Notes under the pieces: model-generated | The model's input: the letters and a program-made list of their open reading frames with translations, nothing else | What the model was told of the DNA's origin: nothing | Databases searched by the model: none | Source: Macrostomum lignano | Lineage: Eukaryota | Reading direction: 5' to 3' | DNA: 64,000 nt | Assembly (NCBI GenBank): GCA_002269645.1 | Contig: NIVC01000105.1 | Location: 535,992-599,991 of the forward strand | Part shown: positions 25,813 to 36,128 of the stretch, in pieces | Position numbering within the stretch: position 1 is the stretch's first letter | Layout of the letters: every line of letters starts with the position of its first letter | Made by a program: the position numbers and the translations under genes

Positions 25813-27290
25813 TTGGGATGATTTCTTTTTGCATTGCACTTCATTTGAGTAGTTTGTCTTTTTTCTTTGTGAAAGCTTTATTTGGCTATCTTGTAGACAA
25901 CAGAGATTCTATACAGATGTCCCCCAACGGGGGGCGAAGATTGCTAGTTTTTACTAAAAGTTCAACTACTTCATAAAGCATAAGCTATTGAAATATTGAT
26001 TCCCATAAATATAAAATATAGAATTTAAGCTATTTATAATTCTAATGCCTAGCTAGTAGCTACCAGCCTAGGCCCTACAGCTATTATGAACTTGATAAAT
26101 AAAATAATTTTTCGTCAGACCACTCTGACCTGAACATGAATAGACAATTTTGAGGTTGAATGCAAGGGTCATTAGGCATTTATTACCAAGCTAAACATTT
26201 AAAAAAGATCGGCCCACTCTAACATAGTAATTAAGCTCTTTTATCACATACACTTAGGACAAAGTCAATATTCAATTATTAGTGGATATTGAGATTTGCA
26301 AATCCGTTTTTCTCTAAACAACATGAAGTACTAATCCTTCTCGGGTTCTTTAAGATGTTCCTGGAAATTGAACCCGCTGCTCCATAAGTAGCTAGATAGC
26401 ACCGTTGTACTAACTATTGATTTGCCTGAAAATGGACTTAATCATCGGTGAACCGTAGTTCTGCTGATGACCTTCTAGCTTAATGGCGACGAGGCAGGAA
26501 CATTGAGGCGGCAAAGTGCATTTTTCAGCGACGTACACTCGGCAGGCCTTCAGTTGACGTTGACGTCGATTCGGTGACGTTCTCCTTCTTGCTTGCCGAA
26601 TTTCGTATCTCAAATCTCGAATCTCGTATGTCGTATCCCGAATCTCGAATCTCACCGCTGTGCCACCAGTGAAGTACTACTTCTCGGGTTCTTTAAGATG
26701 TTCCTGGAAATTGAACCCGCTGCTCCTGAAGTAGCTAGATAGCACCGTTGTACTACCTATCGATTTGCGTGAAAATGGACCTAAAACGTTAGCCTTGACT
26801 TTGTAGGGTTGCTGCCACCTTGGTGCGCGGACTCGACGCGTCGGCAGAGTTGTCTATCCGTCACCTGAAATAAAATAACGAAGTCGCTCGGAGCAAAGGC
26901 AAATCTGAAAATGTCTTGACAGTCGATCGTCTTAGTAGAATGCTGCTCGAACCTGAAAACCTGTAAAACCTGAAATGAGAGAGGAGAGCTCGGAGGCAGA
27001 GGCAGCTCCAGTCGAGCCCAGGCAGGACGACGCGAACTGGAGAAAATGGCTCGCAGATGCTCCGTATTTATAGCTGAGCGGACCCCCAAAAGTCACGTGA
27101 GTTTCATGCGGCGAGCGCGTGAAACTTCGCAAGAATAAAAAGAATAAAAAATCTGGCACTAACTGCTCATTATTTTGATGTTGCACTGGAAAAATCCAAA
27201 CCTTTCCATCGTTGGCTCGTCAACCTGGCTGCACGCACTTTGGACAGGCAAATCGACCATTAAATTGCTTGATGTTGAGAACTGAAGCCA

Positions 27291-28024
27291 TCACTGGTAG
27301 GTCGGCAACAAGGAAAACAAAGTGCCGATTAATGACGCATCGTCGAAATGACGCAATGTCTTAGGCAAACCACTGATGATTGCTGCAGTTCCGGCTTCGA
27401 GTGCAGGTTTGCCTTTGCTGTAGATAAGACCGAGGATAAGGATGTTAAGCGTTTTTTGACGTAGTATTGGCGGCAGATTTAGACAGACTGCTTGCAGAGG
27501 CCATATACTCAAATCTGAGGTCTTTACAAAAGCAGCACCATCGCAGGACATAATGAAATATAAATCCATGCACGAATCGTCGCATAACCAAGATATGTTT
27601 AAAAAAAATCAGAGTTTAAAATATCAGTCCTTCTTTGCCGCTTTAACAGCTCCGCATATCTGCAAATTTCGGATGTATACCTCGTGAGCGTCAGTTCGAG
27701 TTGGTTTTCGATGTTTAATTGAAGAATAGAAAAAGACTCAAAGGCTTCAACAATGGCAGCTGACGCCAGATCTGGTGCAATAGACATGCAGGTCGTCTGT
27801 AAAGACTTGGCGCTTTTTGGTATTTTATGACCATGCTTTCCTAATGCAGATTCCATTCGTAACAGCTGATTTAACTTTTTGTCGGATGTTCCAGACCGTA
27901 ACAGCAAAGAGCAAAGAGCGGCAACATCTCGCTTAGGAGTCAAGTATGTAATAAAATCTTCACTCCAGTCTGCGTTCTGAGATGAGTGCCTTTGAACAGC
28001 GATGCATGTGGCATCGTTTGGCAA
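27291..28024 (-). pseudogene. CACTA/EnSpm-type transposase N-terminal fragment
   Basis: SCDGAAFVKTSDLSIWPLQAVCLNLPPILRQKTLNILILGLIYSKGKP matches the first catalytic-Asp block; upstream LLR...KIPKSAKSL helix. Confidence 0.75.
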
Positions 28025-28498
28025 CCGTACAGTAGTAGTATACGTTTTTTTTTACTTCCGTGTGCACGCAGTCTAAAATTCTTTGTGCACGCTAAATATC
28101 TTTTACGCAACGTGATTATTTAGACGAATTGCATATCCACCTGTCCAAAATACAAGTAACCAATTCTAGCAATGGTGACACAAACACATTTCAAAGGATT
28201 CCATTCAAGCCAAATTTACTCCAAAACTATTCACACATTTCAAGTGTTATTGAAATATTGAAAACTTGCGAATATTATCACCCTTTGGAAGAAAGATAGT
28301 GAATGATCTATTCTTGAGTACCTATAGCATTTTCGCACCAACTTGAGTAGATGGTTTACAGATACTATGTTAACAACCACGTCAACATGCTTCTTCTTTA
28401 CTATATATATATACGAACACAGACACAGAAAATATTCAATAACTCAAACCAAGTCTACATTATACTACTTGTTCAACTATATGTACATCTGAAGAGAA

Positions 28499-29328
28499 AT
28501 GAAGCGATCACGTCAGCAGGAATTTGCCGAGCGCTATGTTAAACAAGGTAAGATAATCACCTACTCTAGTTCAGTTTTCTTTTTAGATTGACAGTTCGCT
28601 AGTTTAGTTTCTAGATTGATTGTTAGTTCATTTTCTGTTTAGACCTATCCTCTTTTAGCTCAGTTTACATTGATTCTCTGCTAGTTCAGTCTCTAGATTG
28701 ATTGTCTGCTAGTTCGGTTTCTGTTTAGACTGATTCTCTGCTAGCTCAGTTTCTATATACATTATATACATGCACCTATACCAAATTTCCCCTCATCTTA
28801 TCCATTATTACAGCATTCAAGAATGGTGTCTTCACGCGGCCACCTCCAGATCAGTGCAAACGCATTTGCCACGACACCACCACATCCAATTCTGCTGCAA
28901 GAGCATCACACTACTCTACATCTCTCGCCAAAGTAACCTCGATTCATGTCGAGAGACAGACAACTGAGCTAGATCGCAGTTACACAAGAACTGATGTTAT
29001 TCAGTCAGTTAGGCAACAATCGAAACCACGACCAACTGACCAACTGCAGTATGCACCACCACCATCACCAACCAGCTACAATGATCCAACAGAGCAAGCT
29101 TGCAGTAGGCCTACAAGTACTAAACCAACGAAAGCAACTGAAACACCGTCATTTTCAATTGCTACGAGTATTTCTAGCCAAGTTCAACAGCTGCTAAACT
29201 CGCCAGTTATTGTACAGAAGGACATCAAGTCTGTAAAAGTCTCTCAAACAAGCCCAGGCTTCTACCAAGTAGAATTAACAAAAACTTGTAATACAACTCA
29301 AGTATTTGAGTATTGGGACCTATCTTAA
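28499..29328 (+). CDS. Predicted two-exon ORF, 187 aa, unknown function (exons 28,499-28,547 and 28,814-29,328)
   Basis: CAAG|GTAAGA donor and TTATTACAG|C acceptor join in frame (G+CA = Ala). Exon 2 is stop-free until TAA at 29,326-29,328. Absent from the ORF track because exon 2 has no start codon. Confidence 0.6.
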
Positions 29329-30284
29329 AAAGACATTTTTTCTAACTCTTCATCAAATTTTGCCAGCAATGTGTCCAAGTAATTGCTCTTTTAGTATATA
29401 TCAAACAATTATGTAATCAATAATATAATCTCTATAAATTCATTATTCTAAAAAGTTCTTTCAATTTTATTCACCATTCATTGAAATTATTTAATTCAAT
29501 ATAAAGTCAATATCCTGTACAGTTATCATTAAACAAAAAATATTAATCCCTGCAAATAAACTCTTTCAATATACTTAAACTTGTATTAAATGCTTCTTTA
29601 ATTAATTTCTTACAAAATAAAAATTTAATAATGCTATATATTTAACAACAAAAAATTATATACAGTATTTAACTACTGTTACACTAATCAATAAAAAATG
29701 ATACAGTAATACAAAAATACTAAAACACAACACAAATGCAAGTGAATATATAATCATAAAATGCTAGTTTACTTTTGCAAGAAAAATATTAATACAACAA
29801 CACTCCACTCAGGAAAACATACAAAAATATTAAAGCAAACAATTGTAATAAAAGATAAAAAAACACACACACATACACACATGAAATATTTACAAAATTG
29901 TAATCAAATCCATATAAGGCAAGAATTAGTAAATTAAAAACTAAATATTTTCAAATATTAAATGTAGTAATTAAGTTTTTGTTTAAAAAAATATACTATT
30001 TGCTTTATTATACACTATATATTTTTCTCCATCTATTGGGTTTAATATTTCTAGTGATCAAAGCTTTTTAAACATTCATTTTCTAGGTTTTATAAAAAAA
30101 TATAAAAAAGTTATATGTCTAAATGCTTCTTATAATTTTTATATAATGAATGAAAACTATGAAAACTATTTTTATTACAGTTAATCAATAGAAAATAAAG
30201 GAGATAGGCAACTTTTGAAAAAGTAAATAAAAAGTAAAAGTAATTTTAGTTCGAAAAAAACGTCAAAAAAAACAATCAAAGTAA

Positions 30285-30530
30285 TCAATTAGCAACTAGA
30301 GTTGCGTCCGAATCTATGGTTGATTCCTGTAGCCTATTCAAGCCATGCTGAGTGCTTGCAACTTCTGCTTGATTTAATCCATATGGCGTTGATGTAACTA
30401 TTTTAGCTAATCGACGAGGAGACTGCCAGTCGTCATTGTCAATTGTGCCCGAGGAAGAACCACAATTGGTAATAGGTGCTTTAATAGGAGTTACAGCTGA
30501 CACACTTGTCAATGCCGTCTCTTCCATCAT
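30285..30530 (-). CDS. Small Ser/Thr-rich hypothetical protein
   Basis: 81-aa ORF amid very AT-rich DNA; no recognisable motif. Confidence 0.3.
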   Translation of the reverse strand: MMEETALTSVSAVTPIKAPITNCGSSSGTIDNDDWQSPRRLAKIVTSTPYGLNQAEVASTQHGLNRLQESTIDSDATLVAN

Positions 30531-30639
30531 TTTAGTACCACCAGTAGCAGGTGAACTAAAAGTAATTGAAGGACACAGTTAACTTTTAATTAATAATATT
30601 CTTTTTACAGTGTATCAAATCCAAGACCAGAAAAATAGC

Positions 30640-30840
30640 TTACATGCTCTTCTTCCAATATCGCAATCGAAATGCGACAGCAACAACGCACATGACAGCA
30701 ATGACAGCTACAATAAGAACCTGAACCAGGACAATTCTTTCAGTTTGGCTCACTAATTTGTCGATATTACTCACTAGCTTACTAATGGATTCCGCATTTC
30801 CTTGAACTAAAATTACAACTTTATTAGTTTGGGGTACCAT
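30640..30840 (-). CDS. Small single-pass membrane protein, 66 aa
   Basis: ATG start in AAAATG context; hydrophobic IVLVQVLIVAVIAVMCVVAVAF followed by basic RLRYWKK. Confidence 0.45.
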   Translation of the reverse strand: MVPQTNKVVILVQGNAESISKLVSNIDKLVSQTERIVLVQVLIVAVIAVMCVVAVAFRLRYWKKSM

Positions 30841-31159
30841 TTTCTTCTAAACTGAATAAAAATATGCAAGACAAACAAAAGAAATTCTCTAAAATAAAAG
30901 GCACGCCTATAATAATAATCCAACTCTAGACTCTAAACTATGAATCAACGTAAAGAAAATCTCCGTTTCAAAAATTTTTTTTATTATATAAAAAAATATA
31001 ACAAAAATTCGTAAACGAATACTTTGTAACTAATTAGAAATATTAAGTTTGCCAACTGTTAAACTTAAATACTTGAGCAAGATATAGGTATGGATGTAGG
31101 TACGATTAGATACATCAATTTGTAAAAATTATCTTTCTTTAGTATGCGGAAAATACGTT

Positions 31160-31900
31160 TCTTTAGCCATGGTCTGGCTTTTGCCTCATGATTTAGCCGT
31201 ATGCTCCGACTTTTGCCTCAACAGTATGATTTAGTCGTATGGTCCGACTTTTATCCCAACAGTATGATTTAGCTGTGGTCCAGCTTTTGCCTCAACAGTT
31301 TTTAGCCGTGGTCCGGCTTTTTTGCAAAAGTATTATTTAGCTGTGGTCTAGCTTAAAACTGCATCAACAGTGATTTAGTTATAGTCCAGGCTTAACTACC
31401 TCAACGATGATTTATCTGTAGTCCAGGCTTAACTGTCTGAACAGTAATTTTAGCTGTAGTCCAGACTTAACTGCCTCAACAGTGATTTTAGCTGTGGTCC
31501 AGGCAACTGTCTCAACAGGGATTTAGCTGTAGTCCGATTAGCTTAACTGTCCAGTTATTTAGCTGTGAGCCAAGCAGCAGCACCCGTCTCAACAGTGAGA
31601 ATTAGCTATGGTCAGCTTTACCTCAACTGTGATTTGCCTGCTGTGGTCTAAGCATAACTGACTCAACAGTAATTTTAGCTGTAGTCGTCCAGCTTAACCA
31701 CCCGTCCAGTTTAATAACCATGGTCCAGCTTAACCACCGTCTCAACGTACTGCGATTTAGTCGTGGTCCAGCTTAACCGTCTCAACGTACAGTGATTTAG
31801 CCATGGGTCTAGTAGCAATTAACCGTATCAATAGTGATTTAGCCGTGGTCTAGCTTAACTGTCTCAACACAGTAATTTAGCTTAGTCCAAACAGCATTTG
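31160..31900. repeat. Degenerate tandem array of about 35-37 bp (TGATTTAGCCGTGGTCCAGCTTAACTGTCTCAACAG)
   Basis: About 20 diverged copies. Confidence 0.85.
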
Positions 31901-32751
31901 TGTGTCAACTGCACTGACTGCATGTGGTTATAGCAGTAGCAGTCATTATAGTCCCAACAAGCTGCGCGTCGCAGCATGCTAGTGTAACTCTATATAGCTT
32001 CTGCTCAATATAGGACTGCAAAAGCTGAGTTACAACTATACCTTTTTCTGTTTGAAAAGTAACACTCTATATATAGGTTACTCAAGCAATCTCTTGTCAC
32101 CGTGCGAGCTAAAAAATTCCAACATGCAAGCAAAACTTTCAATAAATTAATTTCATAGCACCGCGTGCAGCTTATTTTTACTCTAAAATCCAAGATTGCT
32201 AATTTTTCAAGTCGCAAAATATTGTAATTACATTCTACTTGAGAACAAAACCAATCTAATGAAGCAACAACCAGCAGTCTTCTTATTAAACGCTTGCCAT
32301 CGTGTTACTCTTGCAAATTTATAACTAGTGTGCCTAAGATTCATTAATTTTATTGTATAAAATATCAACCTGTATTTGCGTAAAATTAGACCTAATCATG
32401 CAACCCACCCTAGAAACTTATGCCACCTTTGGCACGCAACATGTCTTAATCAGCACGCAACAATTAAATTTGTTTACTAGTTCACAAGCAGCATGCAATG
32501 CTTGCTATAAATACAAGACCCGAAATGGTCAATTTTTCATGAGCTCAATACAGCAAAAGAAATACTATATTCAATTGCTTGTAAGACATGGCAGCTTGCA
32601 TCAAGACGGAGTCAATTGTACGCTCCGACTCGAGTCCGATTTTCTACGTTGGAGAGCAGTCTACAACCACGACTGGTTCGTCCTGCCAGTTTCGATCTAT
32701 TGCGTGGAAACCATCAATCGAGTGTACAAAATGGATATATATGTTGTAAAA

Positions 32752-33171
32752 ATGTCTCCAGCGAAAGATAAAGGTTTTAAAAAGAAAAAGAAGAGCAGTC
32801 GTATAAAGAAGAAATCTATTAGAAATATTAATAAAAAGCAACAAGGTTTTGGTGTCGTAAATTGGTTAATTAATCATTTACCATTTGAAGCGCACTTACC
32901 CGGCGGATATCAGTTTTGTGGTCCAGGTACGCAACTGCAAGCTAGGCTAGCAAAAGGACAACGAGGAATTAATCGACTTGATAATTTTTGCATGCTTCAC
33001 GACGTGGCCAATGATAAAAATTCGAACGTGCAAGAGAGATTAAAAGCTGATAAGCTATTAGAATCTGGTGCACGAGAAATTGCCCACGATCCGTCTACTG
33101 GTTGGAAAGAAAAACTAGCTGCGAAGTTGGTTACCAAGGTTATGCAAGTTAAGCAACGCTTTGGTGCTTGA
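32752..33171 (+). CDS. Maverick phospholipase A2-like protein (parvovirus VP1u-type)
   Basis: HLPGGYQFCGPGT calcium loop and GINRLDNFCMLHDVAN catalytic HD helix (usual HDxxY is HDVAN here); basic N-terminus. ATG at 32,731 or 32,752 within ORF 32,353-33,171. Confidence 0.85.
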   Translation: MSPAKDKGFKKKKKSSRIKKKSIRNINKKQQGFGVVNWLINHLPFEAHLPGGYQFCGPGTQLQARLAKGQRGINRLDNFCMLHDVANDKNSNVQERLKADKLLESGAREIAHDPSTGWKEKLAAKLVTKVMQVKQRFGA

Positions 33172-33835
33172 AAATGCAGCAGCCATACAATATGCAACTA
33201 GCTCACGATTCTACATTTATTATTGCTGGACCTTCAAACTCGGGTAGAACTGAATGGACGTTGCGTTTGTTGACTGAACGAAAAGAATTATTTGATGAAA
33301 AACCGCGTCGTCTTGTTTGGTGTCATGGATCAAGTTTGAAACCAGACGATCAACAACGAATTAGAACATGCTGGCAAAAGAGCGGTCTTGACCCTATTGT
33401 TTTTGTACCCGAATTCACACCACAGATGATTAATCGTTTTTTACCACACGATTAAGTTGTTGTTGACGACTTGCAAAGCGAGATTGCTAAGTTGCCAGAA
33501 TTTACTAGTATGTTTACAAAGCATGCGCATCATATCCCTTTGACTTGTCTGTATCTTTGTCAAGGTCTTTTTAACAAGTCTGATCCAGAAGCACGCATGC
33601 GAAGTTTATCAGCTAGTTATATTTGTCTAACTCGTAGTGTGCGCGATCGAACCGCAGTTGAGCATCTCGGTCGACAAATGTATCGACCGCAGACGCAACA
33701 AATAACAAACCTTTTTCATATTTATTCATTGACCTGCGGCAAGTGACACCAGATTTTTTACGACTGAGAACAGGAATCTTTCCTTGCGATGAGCAAGTTG
33801 TCTATACTCGTGAATGTGATGCAAAGTTTGTGTAA
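33168..33835 (+). pseudogene. A32/FtsK-like DNA packaging ATPase
   Basis: Walker A GPSNSGRT (K to R); Walker B VVVDDL directly after an in-frame TAA (33,453-33,455); LCQGLF and RSLSASY; after a frameshift PFSYLFIDLRQVTPDFLRLRTGIFP ending TAA at 33,833-33,835. Confidence 0.92.
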
Positions 33836-33892
33836 TATTATTATAAGCAAATTATTAACTGTTGTCAATATTAGTTTGTATTTTATTTCAAA

Positions 33893-34678
33893 ATGAGTTT
33901 TTACGTTTTTTTGCCGTCAAACGATATCAGTTACGAAACCAACTCGCCTAATGAATTTCGAGTACGACTAACTGAACCAATAAATTTATTGAACGGATTC
34001 TTCGAGGTTGCACTAGTTGAATTACTGTGCCATGGAGCAATTACGACGCCAAATGCTCATCGTGAGCGTCGATTTTAAGTTCCATATTTTGCGGACATTG
34101 ACTCAATAATCCGATTAAAGAAAAACTATTGGGGTCGCGTTTGGGCAGAGGCAGACTTGGATGCTTACGTTTCCTGGCAACCGTCTGGTACAGATGAAAA
34201 ATTTGCCTGGCTTTTACGAAATTCTGGCGTAAAAACTATTGGATTAGAATTACCGGTTACATTTATGGACGCTTTCAAATTTGACTCTTGGAAGAAACTT
34301 TCTGGACTAGTCTCGGAAAAATTATCAAAACCTACCGCTGGTAGTGTACAACCACCGGATGGATCATACTTGGATGTGGTAAAAAGTCTCGACAATACTC
34401 TAGCGCTAGTACCTGAGAACTATTATGTTTTTTATTGTGTTCTATCGCCTGGTGAAGCTATACGACTTGTTTCGCATGGAGACTATCTTCAAAAAACGGA
34501 AGAAGAAGTGTACATCAAATTACACCAATATTGGTTGAGAAATCGTATTTGGCGCATTAACAAAACCTACTTGGATGCTGTGCTACCTTCTCCGATTCCT
34601 AGTAAAACGGTTTACATGTACTGTTACACAGACATAATCGAGTATCAAGCAGTGGGAAGTACATCAGTACCGTTGCTA
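33893..34678 (+). pseudogene. Outer Maverick penton (minor capsid protein), 5' part
   Basis: MSFYVFLPSN...NEFRVRLTEPINL...FEVALVEL N-terminal signature; in-frame TAA at 34,076-34,078; ends YCYTDIIEYQAVGSTSVPLL at the insertion site. Confidence 0.88.
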
Positions 34679-35166
34679 ATCAGTACCATCAGTAGAAGGC
34701 ATGAGGGGGCTTCTGGGACAAAATTTTTCACGTCCTCCAGAATCCACCTAAATCCATCCATATTATCCCCGACAGAATCAGAAAAAAAGGGGGGTCGCAC
34801 TCGCTCACAAAACGTCCTCCATAATCCCATTAAATCCATCCATATTATCCCCGACAGAATCATGAAAAAGTGGAGGGGTCGCACTTGCTCCGAAAACTTC
34901 AAACATAATCGTATTAAATCCATCCAATATTTTTCTTCGCTTCTGTGTATCCAGGTTTGTGAAATTCGGTGGCTGCTTGGACGAATTCATTGTAAGATTG
35001 CTGCTCCCTATTTATTAGCCCGGTAACTCGTTTCTCTGCTTGTGCTAGCTTCTCCAATTCAGATATCTGCTGTGTACTTTTTCGCTTCATTTCTTATTTT
35101 ATTTTATTTTAGTTAAAAAAGAACGACCCACTGACACCAGTTTTCTACAAAATTAACAAGCCTATT

Positions 35167-36105
35167 TTGAGTGATGATAGCACAATCAAAGCGACTCAGG
35201 TAAGAGTTCCCAGTCAGGAAAATCAGAATGAAACTAATCTTGGTCCTGGTCAAACACTGACATTTACATACAATGGATGTTCGTCTTTGGTTAGTGTGCA
35301 CAGTCTTAAGAGCGGATTCCATATGACATTTCAATTCAAGACAAAGGGTGGTGCGGATGCGGCTCGTGCTAACGTTGACAAGCATGATGCGGATGTGGCT
35401 CTGACCAGTAACTTTTGGGCGTACATGTTCAAGGAGTTTAGTGTATCGAATGGGAGCACTGAGTTGGAGCGAATCGCCAACTTTGGAATTGTCTATGACG
35501 CTCATTGTTTGATCGAGAATCCTGATTTTATTCAGTTGGGAAGTGGTGCGGGTTTTATTGCAGATGAAAAAGAAGGAGATATCAATGACAGTGGCTATAA
35601 AAAGAGGAAGAAGAGATACAACTATGCATTGCAAGGTGCTGATGATGCTGCTAAGAACCCGCTGTATCGGTCTGTTGATGTATTTGTACCATTGAGATGC
35701 ATGAGTGGATTCATTATTAATATGAGAAACCCAAATAGCATTATACGCTACATGCATGGAGACGTTTGGTCCATTCAGCATGAAATCAGTGATAATCTTT
35801 ACCCTGCACTGCCACAAAATGGAGATTTCAGTCAAAACAAGATTAGCAAATTTTACAGCGAGTTGGTCGACTTGGCTGTGAAAGAGAACAATGGAATTGC
35901 TATCACTGCTCTTCAATATGGAACTCTATATCCGATGTTTGGCGCTGATGTGTCTGCCAGACAAATGCCTACTGATAACAGCCCTGTGAATATCGTGACT
36001 AACATTGAAAGGACTGCCGCAACACCCGTGGACCTGTACATTGTCTATGCATTTGAGAGGAAAGTGAAGCTTAACATGATCAACAATTCATCCAGTAAAG
36101 TTTAA
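35167..36105 (+). CDS. Second-lineage Maverick double-jelly-roll MCP with in-frame internal deletion, 312 aa
   Basis: VALTSNFWAYMF..ELERIANFG, VFVPLRCMSGF, then a jump to NLYP..DFSQNKISKFY, QYGTLYPMFGADVS and LYIVYAFERKV. Much shorter than the 440-aa outer MCP. Confidence 0.8.
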   Translation: MSDDSTIKATQVRVPSQENQNETNLGPGQTLTFTYNGCSSLVSVHSLKSGFHMTFQFKTKGGADAARANVDKHDADVALTSNFWAYMFKEFSVSNGSTELERIANFGIVYDAHCLIENPDFIQLGSGAGFIADEKEGDINDSGYKKRKKRYNYALQGADDAAKNPLYRSVDVFVPLRCMSGFIINMRNPNSIIRYMHGDVWSIQHEISDNLYPALPQNGDFSQNKISKFYSELVDLAVKENNGIAITALQYGTLYPMFGADVSARQMPTDNSPVNIVTNIERTAATPVDLYIVYAFERKVKLNMINNSSSKV

Positions 36106-36128
36106 ATATTTTTTTGTGGGTGAAAAAA

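Larger units (their letters stand above)
21815..25947 (+). mobile_element. Non-autonomous Helitron-like element with expanded minisatellite
   Basis: Starts TCCTATATACTAAAA directly after the previous CTAG; ends with hairpin CCCCC-AAC-GGGGG and CTAG|T at 25,944-25,948. Confidence 0.75.

Noticed and set aside
34157-35026. 289-aa ORF as one protein
   Set aside because: It is penton sequence reading through into the inserted TIR; the C-terminal third is not genuine.
35113-35916. 267-aa minus-strand ORF
   Set aside because: Antisense shadow of the MCP-like ORF with no motifs of its own.
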